Notes: generated by a model not told the origin, from the letters alone. 64,000 nt of DNA from Fidelibacterota bacterium (GCA_016784025.1 JADHVL010000018.1:7927-71926); one strand, 5' to 3'; numbered from the stretch's first letter, positions 31,070-42,737 are shown. Program-made: numbers and translations.

Positions 31070-32203
31070 ATGAGTGAAAGATATAGTGTAATCGTTGATG
31101 CAGTGCGTAGTCCAATCGGTCTCAAAAATGGTGAAATGATTGGCATGCGACCTGATGATATTACCGCTCAGGTCGTCAAAGCACTAATGGCAAGAAATCC
31201 TGCTGTTAAAGCTGATGAGGTAGAAGATCTCGTCCTGGGTTGTGCCTTCCCTGAGGGAATTCAAGGAATGCTCATGGGCCGCGGAGTTGCCCTTTTAGCG
31301 GGTTTGCCAAATACCACAACTGGCAGTACGGTGAATCGTTTTTGTGGTTCTTCCATGGATGCGCTTCATCAATTGAGCACCTCCATCATGGCAGGTGACA
31401 AGGAGATCGGTATAGCGGCTGGGGTTGAAGACATGTTTGGTGTCCCCATGGGTGGCTATAATCCTGATTTTAATCCAGAGTTGTACGAGATTGACTATTA
31501 TATGGGTATGGGTGAGACGGCTGAAAATCTAGCTCAAGAGTTGGAGATAGGTCGTGATGACCAGGAAGCCTTCGCTATCGCATCTCATCAAAAGGCCCTG
31601 GCTGCCCAAGCCGCAGGTAGATTCGACAACGAAATTGTTCCTATTGAAATTGAGGGTATCCGCGTCTCCAAGGATGAGGGTCCCAGAGAACCAGATGTAG
31701 CCAAGATCAAATCGCTATCTCCTGCTTTTTTAGAGGAAGGTACTATTACAGCAGCAACATCCAGCCCCATCAGTGTTGGCGCTGCTGCTGTGTTGGTCAT
31801 GAGCAATACCAAAGCTGAAGAATTGGGTCTCAAAGTCAGAGCCAAAATCATTTCTCGTGCTGTCGCCGGTGTAGATCCAACCCATATGGGGTCTGGACCA
31901 CTCCCTGCAACTGAAAAAGCTCTGAAAAATGTGGGTATGACACTGGATCAGATGGATACCATAGAGTTGAACGAGGCTTTTGGAGCTCAATCACTCTATG
32001 TCATTCGCAAGGGCAATTGGCCATCGGAGAAGATCAATCTGAATGGAGGAGCCATTGCACTTGGACATCCCCTGGGTTGCTCAGGAGCCAGAATTGTAAC
32101 CACATTGCTCAATGTGATGGAACAGAACGATACAAAATTTGGTCTAGCAACCATGTGTATCGGGACTGGGCAGGGTATCGCAACAATTATCGAGAGGAAT
32201 TAA
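31070..32203 (+). CDS. fadA: Acetyl-CoA C-acyltransferase (thiolase)
   Basis: [30 protein letters not shown]. Confidence 0.95.
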   Translation: MSERYSVIVDAVRSPIGLKNGEMIGMRPDDITAQVVKALMARNPAVKADEVEDLVLGCAFPEGIQGMLMGRGVALLAGLPNTTTGSTVNRFCGSSMDALHQLSTSIMAGDKEIGIAAGVEDMFGVPMGGYNPDFNPELYEIDYYMGMGETAENLAQELEIGRDDQEAFAIASHQKALAAQAAGRFDNEIVPIEIEGIRVSKDEGPREPDVAKIKSLSPAFLEEGTITAATSSPISVGAAAVLVMSNTKAEELGLKVRAKIISRAVAGVDPTHMGSGPLPATEKALKNVGMTLDQMDTIELNEAFGAQSLYVIRKGNWPSEKINLNGGAIALGHPLGCSGARIVTTLLNVMEQNDTKFGLATMCIGTGQGIATIIERN

Positions 32204-32205
32204 TC

Positions 32206-34554
32206 ATGGCATTAAAGGTAGAAAAGGTAGCCGTATTGGGCGCTGGAGTCATGGGCGCGCAGATTGCGACTCACCTGTCAAACGCCGGGATTCCCAGCTA
32301 CCTCTTCGATATGAATCAGGAGCTGGCAGAACAGGGCTTGGAGGGAATGAAAAAGCTAAAACCCAGTCCGGTATACAACCCCAAAACCCTGGAGATGATC
32401 ACACCCTGTAATTATGATGATCACCTTGACAAGATTGGGGAAGTGGATTGGGTTATTGAAGTCATTGCCGAACGGCTCGATTGGAAACAGGGACTCTTTG
32501 AAAAAATAGTTCCCAAGATGAATGCTACAGCAATTCTCACCAGTAATACTTCTGGTCTTTCTCTCGCTGATATGGCGGCTTCACTACCTGCTGATATGAA
32601 GAAACGTTTCTTCATCACTCATTTTTTCAATCCACCTCGTTATATGAAGTTGGTTGAGTTGGTGGGCGGACCTGAGACAGACATGGAAGCCATGCAGGAC
32701 ATTGCTACATTTTTGGAAGATGATCTGGGAAAAGGGGTCGTTTGGGCCAAAGATACGGCCAACTTTATCGCCAATCGCATTGGGGTTTACGGTATGATGT
32801 TGACTTTGAAATTGGCCAGGGAAAAACGTCTGAATGTTCCTGATGTAGATGCATTGACCGGTACTCTGATCGGGCATATGAAATCGGCTACTTTCAGAAC
32901 GGCTGATGTTGTTGGCTTAGATACCCTCGTCCATGTGGCGGAAAATGCTTATGACAAGGGTGAGGCTGATGAAGAGCGCGATATATTCCAGATTCCAACC
33001 TATCTGCAATCAATGCTCGATAATGGATGGTTGGGGGCAAAAACCAAAGCAGGTTTTTACAAGAAGGTAGATAAAAAGACTATCCTTTCTCTGAACCTGG
33101 ATACTCTGGAATATGAACCTTCCGTAAAGAAGAAATACGATGCGATAAGGGTTTCGAAAAATGAAACCTATCTCCCAGGGAAATTAAAAAGTCTGGTAAG
33201 TATTGACGATGTTGCCGGAAAATTTCTCTGGGAGTTGAATGCTGGGATATTGATTTATTCAGCCAATCGCTTACCTGAGATCTCAGATGATATCGTGAAT
33301 ATTGATAATGCCATGAAATGGGGTTTCGGATGGGAATTCGGTCCCTTTGAAGTCTGGGATGCATTTGGACTGGCTGAGTCAGTGGAACGTATGAAGAGTG
33401 ATGGACGCAAAATTCCAACCTGGGTTCAGACAATGATCAACAAGGGATTTACATCCTTTTACGGATTCGATGGTAAGGCTAAAACCTATTACGATCCATC
33501 AAGCGAATCCATGCTGCCTGTCCCAACACATCCGCTAGCTGTGGATTTTAATGTCATTAAAAAAACCGGTGGGCTTATTAAAAAGGATTGGTCAGCTTCC
33601 TTGATTGATCTTGGTGATGGGGTTGCCGCCGTAACCATGCACTCGGTACTCCAGCCCACCTTCAATCCAATTGATGGCTCCATTATCGGTATGCTCGATC
33701 AGGCGATAGATTGGGTAACCGAGAATAAATATAAGGGTTTGGTCATCGCTTCTGAAGCGACCCATTTCTCTGCTGGAGCAAACCTTGCTTTGATGTTGCG
33801 CGCCATTGACGAGAAAGATTGGGATGGTCTGGATGCCATGAGTAAGGCTATGCAGGATACGCTGCAAAAGGTTCGATTCGCTCCCTTTCCTGTGGTGGCA
33901 GCACCACACTGGATGGCCTTGGGTGGTGGATATGAAACTATTGGTGCCTGTGATCGCATTGTCGCAGCAGCCGAATTGTATACGGGTCTCGTAGAAGTCG
34001 GTGTAGGACTGATTCCTGGAGCAGGTGGTAACCTTAGAATGATCATGAAATCACAGGATCGTCTCTCCAAGGGTCGCGCTGGTGCCTTCCAAGTTGCTCA
34101 GAAGGCTTTCGAAGCCATTGGTTTTGCTAAGGTTTCTATGTCAGCTAAACATGCTGTCTCAATTGGATATCTCACGAAGGACGATATCATTGTAGTCAAT
34201 CAAGATCATCGTGTATCAAGAGCCAAGGCAGAAGTCCTGTCCATGAGTGATGATTATCAGGCACCTGAATTACGGACAGATCTCTTTCTGCCAGGCAAGG
34301 GTGGGAGATTGGCTGTCAAGAGTAGTGTGAAGGGCTTTCTGAAATCTGGGAAAATCTCCGAACATGATGCGCTCATTGCTGAGAAACTGGCCTTTGTGCT
34401 CACTGGGGGTGATAAGGGTGGAATCATGAGACCCCTGGACGAACAGTATCTCCTCGATTTGGAGCGGGAGGCTTTTGTCTCACTTGGCGGGGAACCAAAA
34501 ACCCGTGCACGCATAGAATACATGTTGAAACGAGGGCGACCTCTTAGAAACTAA
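32206..34554 (+). CDS. fadN: 3-hydroxyacyl-CoA dehydrogenase / enoyl-CoA hydratase (FadN type)
   Basis: ATG 32206; VLGAGVMG, SNTSG, HFFNPPRY, FIANRIG; crotonase FSAGANL, GGGYE; C-terminal GRPLRN. Confidence 0.92.
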   Translation: MALKVEKVAVLGAGVMGAQIATHLSNAGIPSYLFDMNQELAEQGLEGMKKLKPSPVYNPKTLEMITPCNYDDHLDKIGEVDWVIEVIAERLDWKQGLFEKIVPKMNATAILTSNTSGLSLADMAASLPADMKKRFFITHFFNPPRYMKLVELVGGPETDMEAMQDIATFLEDDLGKGVVWAKDTANFIANRIGVYGMMLTLKLAREKRLNVPDVDALTGTLIGHMKSATFRTADVVGLDTLVHVAENAYDKGEADEERDIFQIPTYLQSMLDNGWLGAKTKAGFYKKVDKKTILSLNLDTLEYEPSVKKKYDAIRVSKNETYLPGKLKSLVSIDDVAGKFLWELNAGILIYSANRLPEISDDIVNIDNAMKWGFGWEFGPFEVWDAFGLAESVERMKSDGRKIPTWVQTMINKGFTSFYGFDGKAKTYYDPSSESMLPVPTHPLAVDFNVIKKTGGLIKKDWSASLIDLGDGVAAVTMHSVLQPTFNPIDGSIIGMLDQAIDWVTENKYKGLVIASEATHFSAGANLALMLRAIDEKDWDGLDAMSKAMQDTLQKVRFAPFPVVAAPHWMALGGGYETIGACDRIVAAAELYTGLVEVGVGLIPGAGGNLRMIMKSQDRLSKGRAGAFQVAQKAFEAIGFAKVSMSAKHAVSIGYLTKDDIIVVNQDHRVSRAKAEVLSMSDDYQAPELRTDLFLPGKGGRLAVKSSVKGFLKSGKISEHDALIAEKLAFVLTGGDKGGIMRPLDEQYLLDLEREAFVSLGGEPKTRARIEYMLKRGRPLRN

Positions 34555-34598
34555 CTGCATCCCAGGTTTTCCGTTTTCCTCTTGGGGATGCATTCATC

Positions 34599-34635
34599 AG
34601 AAAAGGCGGCGATTTTATCGTCGCCTTTTCTATTT
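34599..34635 (+). terminator. Intrinsic terminator after the fad operon
   Basis: AGAAAAGGCGGCGA-TTTTA-TCGTCGCCTTTTCT; a second hairpin TGCATCCC/GGGATGCA lies at 34556-34592. Confidence 0.85.
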
Positions 34636-34721
34636 ATAAAATCGCTTTAATAATTAACTTACTCCACAATCACTTATAACGCAGTACCATAAACTTGGAA
34701 TATTTCCATTTGGGTTAATAC

Positions 34722-35051
34722 ATGAATATCGAAGAAAAACAACAAATCCTGGAACGCATCAATTCAGAAATTGTAAGCGCCACTGAACAGGTCATCGAGC
34801 TTAAAGAGATGACACAGCCAATCGCCCCTGACGCTGCTATTGGACGAATATCCCGTATGGATGCCATCAACAATAAAAGTGTCAATGAGCTTCTATTATC
34901 AAAAACAGAAGTCAAACTCCAAAAACTCGAAGCCTCTCTGGCTTTTATTGATAAGGATGACTACGGTCTTTGTCGAGTCTGCAAACAACCCATCCCGCTG
35001 GGTCGTCTGATGATGTTGCCTGAATCAGATAAATGTGTGGACTGCGCCTAA
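34722..35051 (+). CDS. TraR/DksA C4-type zinc finger protein
   Basis: Coiled coil with GRISRMDA tip; YGLCRVC..IP..RL...P...CVDC. Confidence 0.88.
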   Translation: MNIEEKQQILERINSEIVSATEQVIELKEMTQPIAPDAAIGRISRMDAINNKSVNELLLSKTEVKLQKLEASLAFIDKDDYGLCRVCKQPIPLGRLMMLPESDKCVDCA

Positions 35052-35066
35052 TAAGGAGAAATTATT

Positions 35067-37145
35067 GTGAACAAGAATAAATTAGTTATCGGGCTTTTTG
35101 CCCTGGTAATAGTTACCTGCATTCCCAAATCAGAAAGTGTCCCAGACATGAATGACACAGATCCCTATATCTGGCTGGAAGAAGTAGAGGGTGAAAACGC
35201 ACTAAACTGGGTGAGGGAGCAGAATACTGTGACTCTGAACGAGCTGCAGGCTGATCCCCGTTTTCAACAATTTGAAAGTGAAGCCCTGGCTATATATGAG
35301 GCGAAAGACAGAACGGTTTATGGCAAAATCAGGGCCGACTATATTTATAACTTCTGGAGAGACGATGTACATATCAGAGGTATCTGGCGTCGATCGCCCC
35401 TGGATGCATATCTTGAAAATAAACCAGAATGGGATGTATTACTTGATATAGATGCTTTAGCTGAGGCAGAGGAAGAAAACTGGGTTTACAAAAGTGTAAA
35501 TGGTTTACCCCCAAACTACAATCGTTTCCTGATTGAGCTTTCTCGGGGGGGCAAAGATGCTGTGGTTGTCCGCGAATTTGATGTTTCTACAAGATCATTT
35601 CTTGATGACGGTTTTTTTGTTTCCGAAGAAAAATCAGCTATATCCTGGATAAATGAGAACCAGGTTTTCGTGGCTACAAATTTTGGCATGGGAAGTATGA
35701 CATCAAGTGGGTACCCCGCCAGCGTTAGAGTATGGACGCGAGGTGAGGATTTAGCAACCAGTCCTGAAATCACCAGGGTGGCTACTGATAATGTTGGACT
35801 CTGGGGTTGGACTATTTTCACCACAGACAATAATTACTCTCTGATAAGCAAATCAAAAGATTTTTGGACCCATGAGATTCTACTACTTGATGAAGTTATG
35901 GGGACAAAAAAAATAGAGCTACCCGTTGATGCTGATTTAAAGGGTCTCTGGAAGGAACAGGCTTTTGCTATCTTGAGATCAGATTGGCTGGGGAGTTCGA
36001 AGGGCTCTCTCATCGCACTAGATTTGACCAGCAATACGAAAATGGATGTATTTATCCCCAACGCCAAAAGTTCAATCATGGATGTAAATTTTTCTTCCAC
36101 CCACCTTCTGTTAACTATTCAAGAAGACGTGGTGGATAAGGTGTTGCGTGGAGTGCGTCATGAAAATTCCTGGGTGCTGGAAGATCTTGGTCTCCCTCAG
36201 GGAGGAACCATTTCTATAAAGGGAACAGATCCGCTAAACGCCAATTTCTTCTATACTTACAATGATTTGATAACACCTTCGACGCTGGGATACTTTGAGG
36301 ATGCAATGGCAGATCCAAAAGTGATCCGTCAGTCACCTGCACGCTATGACAGCGATAATCTCGAGGTGAATCAAAAATTTGCCACCAGCAAAGACGGTAC
36401 AAAAATTCCTTACTTTCTCGTAAGTAGGAAGGATATGCCATTTGACGGAAGCAATCCGACTCTTCTTTATGGATATGGAGGATTTGAAGTATCCGAAAAA
36501 TCGCAATATTGGTCGAAAACCGGGAAACTTTGGATGGAAAAAGGTGGCGTCCTTGCCCTGGCAAATATTCGAGGCGGGGGTGAATACGGTCCAGCATGGC
36601 ATCAAGCTGCCTTGAAGACCAATCGACATAAATCCTATGAAGACTTTATTGCCATCGCTGAACAATTAATCAGCACTAAAATCACCAGTCCGGAAAAGTT
36701 GGGGATCATGGGTGGCAGTGGTGGAGGACTCCTGGTTGGAGTTGTATTCACCATGCGGCCTGATTTATTTAATGCAGTGGTCTCACAGGTTCCCCTCCTG
36801 GATATGCTGCGATATCATAAACTCTTGGCTGGTGCAAGCTGGATGGGTGAATATGGAGACCCAGATGATCCAGTTGAAGGGGCATATTTGAAAGAATATT
36901 CTCCCTATCACAGTCTCTCTCCAGGCAAGAAGTATCCTAAGCCCATGTTTACTACATCCACCAAGGATGATCGTGTCCATCCCGGTCACGCTCGCAAAAT
37001 GGTAGCTCGTATGAAGGAGCAGGGACATCCCGTGATGTATTATGAGAATATTGAAGGTGGCCACGCTGCCGGAGCAAATCTTAAGCAATACGCTACCAGG
37101 GCGGCAATAGAATTCACCTATTTACATCGGATGTTGATGGATTAA
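35067..37145 (+). CDS. Prolyl oligopeptidase (S9A), probable lipoprotein
   Basis: DPYIWLE, YGYGGF, NIRGGGEYG, GGSGGG nucleophile, DDRVHP, GGH. Confidence 0.93.
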   Translation: MNKNKLVIGLFALVIVTCIPKSESVPDMNDTDPYIWLEEVEGENALNWVREQNTVTLNELQADPRFQQFESEALAIYEAKDRTVYGKIRADYIYNFWRDDVHIRGIWRRSPLDAYLENKPEWDVLLDIDALAEAEEENWVYKSVNGLPPNYNRFLIELSRGGKDAVVVREFDVSTRSFLDDGFFVSEEKSAISWINENQVFVATNFGMGSMTSSGYPASVRVWTRGEDLATSPEITRVATDNVGLWGWTIFTTDNNYSLISKSKDFWTHEILLLDEVMGTKKIELPVDADLKGLWKEQAFAILRSDWLGSSKGSLIALDLTSNTKMDVFIPNAKSSIMDVNFSSTHLLLTIQEDVVDKVLRGVRHENSWVLEDLGLPQGGTISIKGTDPLNANFFYTYNDLITPSTLGYFEDAMADPKVIRQSPARYDSDNLEVNQKFATSKDGTKIPYFLVSRKDMPFDGSNPTLLYGYGGFEVSEKSQYWSKTGKLWMEKGGVLALANIRGGGEYGPAWHQAALKTNRHKSYEDFIAIAEQLISTKITSPEKLGIMGGSGGGLLVGVVFTMRPDLFNAVVSQVPLLDMLRYHKLLAGASWMGEYGDPDDPVEGAYLKEYSPYHSLSPGKKYPKPMFTTSTKDDRVHPGHARKMVARMKEQGHPVMYYENIEGGHAAGANLKQYATRAAIEFTYLHRMLMD

Positions 37146-37164
37146 CGCTTGAACTAGATCAGGA

Positions 37165-38226
37165 CTAGCAAATTCGGGGGAGCTGTTCACCTACTGGCAT
37201 ATCGACAATTCGATTGGCTCCCAGACCTGTCTGCATAGCCACGATTCCAGGATGCCTGTCAGTAACTTCACCAATAATAGTTGCCGATTTTCCATGTTCA
37301 TTGTCTTGCATGACCTCTAGCATTTCATCTGCGACATCTGATGGTACAATTGCGACCAGCTTACCTTCATTGGCTACATAGAGTGGATCAATTCCCAAAA
37401 TCTCACAGGCACCACGAACATTCTCCTTCACAGGAATGGTATCCCCATAAAGTTGAATACCTACTGCTGACGATGAGGCGAATTCATTAAGCGTTGTGGC
37501 CAGGCCACCGCGCGTTGGATCCCTCAAAGCATGAATATCGGTGCTTACTCCAAGCATATCCTGGACAAGATGATTTAACCCAGCTGTATCACTTTCCACT
37601 GTGGACTGAAAGGATAAGCCCTCGCGTGTGGTCATGACGGCCATTCCATGATCTGCAAGCGTCCCTGATAAGAGTATTTTATCCCCAACTTCAAGATTTG
37701 AGGCTGAAATGTTGACGCCATTAGGTACAAAACCAAAACCGCTGGTATTGATAAAAAGTTTATCGCAACTACCGCGATTAACAACTTTGGTATCTCCAGT
37801 CACGATCTGAACCCCAGCAAGTTTAGCCGCTTTTTCCATGGAGAGGACAATCCGGTGCAGTGTTTCGAAGGGAAGACCCTCTTCCAGAATAAATCCAACA
37901 CTCAGATATTTAGGCATGGCACCGCTCATCGCTATATCATTCACTGTGCCGTTAATAGCGAGGTCACCAATATCTCCTCCAGGAAAAAAGATGGGATCTA
38001 CCACAAAGGTATCCGTGCTAAATGCAATCCGTCCACCAGGATTTTCAAGGACAGCCTGATCTTCCATTTTCTCTAAAGTGCTGTTCATGAAGCGGGGTAG
38101 GAAGATTTTGTCAATCATCTCATTGGAGAGTTTCCCACCAGCACCGTGAGCTAGTTGAACTGTGTCATGACTAAGGATGGGAACGGGGCAGGATAGGGCT
38201 TCAGGAAAATCCATTGATTGACTCAC
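37165..38226 (-). CDS. hypE: Hydrogenase maturation carbamoyl dehydratase
   Basis: AHGAGG, FFPGGDIG, GDTKVV, RDPTRGG, C-terminal PRIC. Confidence 0.97.
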   Translation of the reverse strand: MSQSMDFPEALSCPVPILSHDTVQLAHGAGGKLSNEMIDKIFLPRFMNSTLEKMEDQAVLENPGGRIAFSTDTFVVDPIFFPGGDIGDLAINGTVNDIAMSGAMPKYLSVGFILEEGLPFETLHRIVLSMEKAAKLAGVQIVTGDTKVVNRGSCDKLFINTSGFGFVPNGVNISASNLEVGDKILLSGTLADHGMAVMTTREGLSFQSTVESDTAGLNHLVQDMLGVSTDIHALRDPTRGGLATTLNEFASSSAVGIQLYGDTIPVKENVRGACEILGIDPLYVANEGKLVAIVPSDVADEMLEVMQDNEHGKSATIIGEVTDRHPGIVAMQTGLGANRIVDMPVGEQLPRIC

Positions 38227-38241
38227 TTCTTTCGGAATTTA

Positions 38242-39336
38242 TTATTCACTCAGAATGCGTTGATATTTATAGTAGGCAGCACAAGCACCTTCACTTGAAA
38301 CCATGGTGGCACCAAGAGGATTTTGAGGTGTGCATTCTTTCCCAAATGCTGGGCAGTCATGGGGTTTCTTCAACCCTTGAAGGATGACCCCACTGATACA
38401 GGCTTCAGGCTCTTCAGTATGAATGTCACCGACAGAAAATTTCAGCTCGGCGTCATAAGCCGCATATTTTTCTCGAATTTTAAACCCGCTGACAGGAATC
38501 TCTCCAATACCACGCCATTTACGGTTGGCAATTCCGAAGACATCCTTAATGATAGCCTGAGCTGGTTGATTGCCACCCTGCTCAACAATGCGGGCGTATC
38601 TGTTTTCGACCTTATGGGTACCTGCTTCAAGTTGTTTGACGGTGTGCAGAATCCCGTCCAACACGTCCATGGGTTCAAAGCCAGTGATAACAATAGGAAC
38701 TTCATATTTTTTGGCAATGGGATCGTATTCATCCCAACCCATGACTGTACACACATGTCCAGCAGCAAGATACCCCTGAACCCGATTGGCAGGGGAGGAG
38801 AGCAGTGCTTCCATGGCAGGTGGAACCAGAACATGGCTCACCAGCTCACTGAAATTTGTTAATCCCTCCTTAGCAGCCTGAGCCACAGCCATGGCATTGC
38901 CTGGTGCCGTGGTTTCAAATCCCACAGCAAAGAAGACGACTTCCTTATCTGGATTCTCACGGGCTATTTTCAGGCTCTCAAGGGGTGAAAACACAGTGCG
39001 AACATCACCACCTTCAGATCTAACCATAAATAGATCCTTATGGCTACCTGGTACGCGGAGCATATCGCCAAAACTGGTGAAAATTACATCAGGACGCCCT
39101 GCGATTTCAATAGCTCTATCAATGATTTCCAGGGGTGTGACACACACAGGGCAACCTGGTCCATGGACGAGCTCAATTTCTTTTGGAAGGACTTGATCGA
39201 TTCCATTGCGGATGATTGAGTGTGTTTGACCACCACAGATCTCCATGATGACCCACGGTTGGGTGGTAACAGCGTGTATTTCCTTTAAAATCTTTTTGGC
39301 TACAACTGGATCGCGGAATTCATCGAGATACTTCAA
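38242..39336 (-). CDS. hypD: Hydrogenase formation protein HypD
   Basis: [28 protein letters not shown]. Confidence 0.97.
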   Translation of the reverse strand: MKYLDEFRDPVVAKKILKEIHAVTTQPWVIMEICGGQTHSIIRNGIDQVLPKEIELVHGPGCPVCVTPLEIIDRAIEIAGRPDVIFTSFGDMLRVPGSHKDLFMVRSEGGDVRTVFSPLESLKIARENPDKEVVFFAVGFETTAPGNAMAVAQAAKEGLTNFSELVSHVLVPPAMEALLSSPANRVQGYLAAGHVCTVMGWDEYDPIAKKYEVPIVITGFEPMDVLDGILHTVKQLEAGTHKVENRYARIVEQGGNQPAQAIIKDVFGIANRKWRGIGEIPVSGFKIREKYAAYDAELKFSVGDIHTEEPEACISGVILQGLKKPHDCPAFGKECTPQNPLGATMVSSEGACAAYYKYQRILSE

Positions 39337-39605
39337 TCTGGACGCTCCAGCTTTTCCATTTCAATTCCCTCAGCATTGGCGCGATCTATCAAATCATCCC
39401 AGGCATCAAACGAGTTCTTAGCCTCCTCCTCGTTGAGTACTGACAAAGCAAAGCCGGCATGGACGATGGTATATTGGCCAATCTCAATCTCAGGGACATA
39501 CTCCAGACAGGCTTTGCTCACGGATCCGGCAAAGTCAATGTTGCCCATTTTGAGACCATTTTCGTCAAAAACTTCTAGTAGTTTTCCGGGGATTGCCAGA
39601 CACAT
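39333..39605 (-). CDS. hypC: Hydrogenase chaperone HypC
   Basis: MCLAIP N-terminus, VHAGFA. Confidence 0.97.
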   Translation of the reverse strand: MCLAIPGKLLEVFDENGLKMGNIDFAGSVSKACLEYVPEIEIGQYTIVHAGFALSVLNEEEAKNSFDAWDDLIDRANAEGIEMEKLERPD

Positions 39606-39654
39606 AATTTATTTTCCTAACATAGTGTTTTGGTTTTAATGGTAATCAATCAAT

Positions 39655-41916
39655 TTACTTCCGCAAGTAGTTTTGGCCAATAATAACCTGGCCGAGTGCT
39701 AACCCACCATCATTTGTTGGCACCTGAGCGTGGGTGAACACCTCTAGACCTGCCTGATTCAACTCAGTCTGTAGTCCCTCGATTAATAAATTATTCTGAA
39801 ACACACCGCCACTTAACACGAGCTGTTTGATACCAGTCTCTCTACTCAGTTCAAGAGATATTGATGTAAATGTTTTGATAAGGGAATAATGGAACCATTG
39901 ACTGATGGATTCTATATTTTTTCCAGCCTGGATTCTTTGGACTAGATCATGCATTACATTGGTGATTGAAATTGTTTGCTCACTTTCACTCTGCTGAAAT
40001 TCAAAATTAGAATAGTCTGACCCCAGGCGATTCCCAGCAGCTTGCATGAATTCGATAGCGGCCTGAGCCTCATAACGAATCTCCTGACGTCCTCCCGAAA
40101 GTGCTGCAACTGCATCAAAGAGACGTCCGCAACTGCTGGTCAAGGGAGAATTTATGTTTGCATTCAACATTTGAATGATAGGCTGAATGTCATGATCCTT
40201 CAGTGCGGGAATGTCAGGTAGGTTGGTGCCAAATACTTGATGCAGGTAACCGAGACCGATGCGCCAGGGTGACCTGATGGCTGCTTCACCACCTGGGAGG
40301 GGCATGGGCTCAAAATGCGCTTTTCTTTCGAATCCTGTAGGATCACCTACCAGAAACTCGCCACCCCAGATCGTTCCATCTGTGCCGTAACCAGTTCCAT
40401 CCATGATGATACCTATGACCGGTTCTTCAAGACTGTTCTCAGCCATGCAGGCAGCCAGATGAGCATGATGATGCTGAACTCCCAGGAGAGGAATATTTTG
40501 ATCTTTGGCCCATTTAGTTGAGAGGTATTCGGGATGGAGATCATGAACAATGAGTTCGGGTTCAATTTCAAAAATTCTCTGAATATGTGCGATGGTCATC
40601 TTGAAAAACTCAAAGGCTTCGAGGTTTTCAAGATCTCCAATATGTTGACTCAGAAAGACTTTTTCATCTTTAGACAATCCAACCACATTTTTAAGCTCTC
40701 CACCAACGGCTAGAATTGATGGACCTTTACGCCTGGTGAAGATTGGGCGTGGAGCATATCCTCTACTACGACGAATAGGGCGAATTTCCCCCGATAGTTC
40801 CATGACCACAGAATCATCAGTACGCAAATAGATATCCCTGTTGTGGAGTAGAAAAAAATCAGCCAGATCAGCGAGACGAGTCAAAGCCTCATCATTATCA
40901 ATGCAAATAGGTTCTTCGCTAAAATTTGCTGATGTCATGACCAGAGTATCCAATTTTCCCGATAATAGCAAGTGGTGGAGTGGGGTATAGGGGAGCATGA
41001 TACCCAGACGATCATTACCAGGTGCAATGTTGGGAGCGATATTGGTGTCAAGTTTTGAAGTACAGAGCAAGATGGGTGCTTGGATTGACCCGAGAGTTTC
41101 TATTTCCAGTTGACTGAGATACACAAGGGTTTGAGCCGTAGCCAGGTCCCTGACCATGAGGGCTAGAGGCTTTGCATCACGACCTTTGGCAAGACGCAGT
41201 TGGGCTACAGCATCTGCATTACAGGCATCTACTGCCAGGTGAAATCCTCCAAGACCTTTTATTGCTAAAATCTTGCCCACTAACAGAAGCTCAACTGTTT
41301 TTGAGACGGGATCTGTTGATTCGATCCTTTCACCCTTCTGGTCTGTCAACCAGACATGGGGACCACATTCTGGGCAAGCATTGGGCTGGGCATGAAATCG
41401 ACGATCCCCAGGATCCTGGTATTCAGTATGACAGGCCTTGCACAGCGGAAAATGCTTCATGGAGGTGAAAGGGCGATCATAAGGGATATTCTCAATAATT
41501 GTGTAGCGTGGACCGCAATTGGTACAGTTGATAAAGGGATATTTGTATCGACTATTCTTTTCTTCAAAGAGTTCGGCCTTACAGTCATCACACAGGGCGA
41601 CATCTGGAGATATCAGTGTTGAAACAGATGTATTATCGTGTGAAGCAACTATGGTGAATTCAGAATCATCTTGCGCTGTAATGTCTTCTATATCTACTGA
41701 AATTATGGTTGAAAGAGGAGGCGCTTCAGCGTGCAAACGGGATTCAAATTGATCGAGTTGTGTTATGTTCCCCTGGAGTTCAACCTTGACACCATCCGAT
41801 GTATTATAAACAGAGCCAACAAGCCCAATATCCCTGGCAAGCGAATAAATAAAGGGGCGGAATCCCACCCCCTGAACGATTCCGTTGATTGTCAGTCGAC
41901 GTCTCAACATTGTCAT
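39655..41916 (-). CDS. hypF: Carbamoyltransferase HypF
   Basis: VQGVGFRP acylphosphatase domain, two Zn fingers, QHHHAH, DGTGYG, PTNDGG. Confidence 0.97.
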   Translation of the reverse strand: MTMLRRRLTINGIVQGVGFRPFIYSLARDIGLVGSVYNTSDGVKVELQGNITQLDQFESRLHAEAPPLSTIISVDIEDITAQDDSEFTIVASHDNTSVSTLISPDVALCDDCKAELFEEKNSRYKYPFINCTNCGPRYTIIENIPYDRPFTSMKHFPLCKACHTEYQDPGDRRFHAQPNACPECGPHVWLTDQKGERIESTDPVSKTVELLLVGKILAIKGLGGFHLAVDACNADAVAQLRLAKGRDAKPLALMVRDLATAQTLVYLSQLEIETLGSIQAPILLCTSKLDTNIAPNIAPGNDRLGIMLPYTPLHHLLLSGKLDTLVMTSANFSEEPICIDNDEALTRLADLADFFLLHNRDIYLRTDDSVVMELSGEIRPIRRSRGYAPRPIFTRRKGPSILAVGGELKNVVGLSKDEKVFLSQHIGDLENLEAFEFFKMTIAHIQRIFEIEPELIVHDLHPEYLSTKWAKDQNIPLLGVQHHHAHLAACMAENSLEEPVIGIIMDGTGYGTDGTIWGGEFLVGDPTGFERKAHFEPMPLPGGEAAIRSPWRIGLGYLHQVFGTNLPDIPALKDHDIQPIIQMLNANINSPLTSSCGRLFDAVAALSGGRQEIRYEAQAAIEFMQAAGNRLGSDYSNFEFQQSESEQTISITNVMHDLVQRIQAGKNIESISQWFHYSLIKTFTSISLELSRETGIKQLVLSGGVFQNNLLIEGLQTELNQAGLEVFTHAQVPTNDGGLALGQVIIGQNYLRK

Positions 41917-41926
41917 TGTAACCAGA

Positions 41927-42715
41927 CTATTTTTTTGACATTTCCTTCAGCCAACCATACCAGGCATCCATGCCTTCACCTGTGGTGGCTGATACTTCAA
42001 AGAATTCTAGATTGTGGTTCACCTGAAGCGCATATTCCTTACACTTCTCCACATCAAATTGCACATAGGGTAGTAAATCAATCTTGTTGATGATACAAAT
42101 ATCGGCTGCATCAAACATGGTGGGGTATTTGAGAGGTTTATCTTCCCCTTCAGTAACACTAATTACTACGACCCGTTTGTCCTCGCCCAGGTCAAACAAC
42201 GCGGGGCAAACCAGATTCCCTACATTTTCAATAAAGAGGGCAGAATTGTCCTGCAACTTTAACTGACCATAGGCTGTATGAATCATTTCAGCATCAAGAT
42301 GGCACCCATTTCCAGTATTAATCTGTAAGACTGGAACACCGGTTTTTGCAATGCGATCAGCATCATTCATGGTTTGTTGATCACCCTCGATGACGGCGCT
42401 GGGAATTTCTTCCTTCAACGTAGCCAGCGTCTTTTCCAAAAGGGTGGTTTTACCAGATCCAGGAGAACTCACCAGATTAATAGCGAATACATTTTTGGCT
42501 TCGAAGTATCCCCGGTTCCGCTGGGCCAGTAAATTATTCTCACCCAGGATATCCTGTTCGATTGCTATAGTTCGATCTTGAGTATGTTTGTGATCGTGAC
42601 TATGACCATGGTCATGATGATCATGACTATGAGAATGTCCATCTCCATGATGATGATCCTCGCCGTGTTTCCTGAAGGTCGTGCTATCAGATCCACATCC
42701 ACAGGTATCACACAT
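41927..42715 (-). CDS. hypB: Hydrogenase nickel incorporation GTPase HypB
   Basis: N-terminal MCDTCGC, His-rich stretch, SSPGSGKT, GCHLDA, ENVGNLVCP. Confidence 0.97.
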   Translation of the reverse strand: MCDTCGCGSDSTTFRKHGEDHHHGDGHSHSHDHHDHGHSHDHKHTQDRTIAIEQDILGENNLLAQRNRGYFEAKNVFAINLVSSPGSGKTTLLEKTLATLKEEIPSAVIEGDQQTMNDADRIAKTGVPVLQINTGNGCHLDAEMIHTAYGQLKLQDNSALFIENVGNLVCPALFDLGEDKRVVVISVTEGEDKPLKYPTMFDAADICIINKIDLLPYVQFDVEKCKEYALQVNHNLEFFEVSATTGEGMDAWYGWLKEMSKK

Positions 42716-42737
42716 ATTCAAATCCTTTCAATAAAAA

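Noticed and set aside
32017-32205. Extended starts in the ORF track (fadN 32017; also 6711, 13908, 19875, 22696, 26844, 57645)
   Set aside because: They overlap upstream genes or promoters; downstream ATG/GTG starts have an RBS or stop-start coupling
42590-42660. CAT/GAT-rich repeat-like DNA
   Set aside because: It encodes the His-rich Ni-binding stretch of HypB
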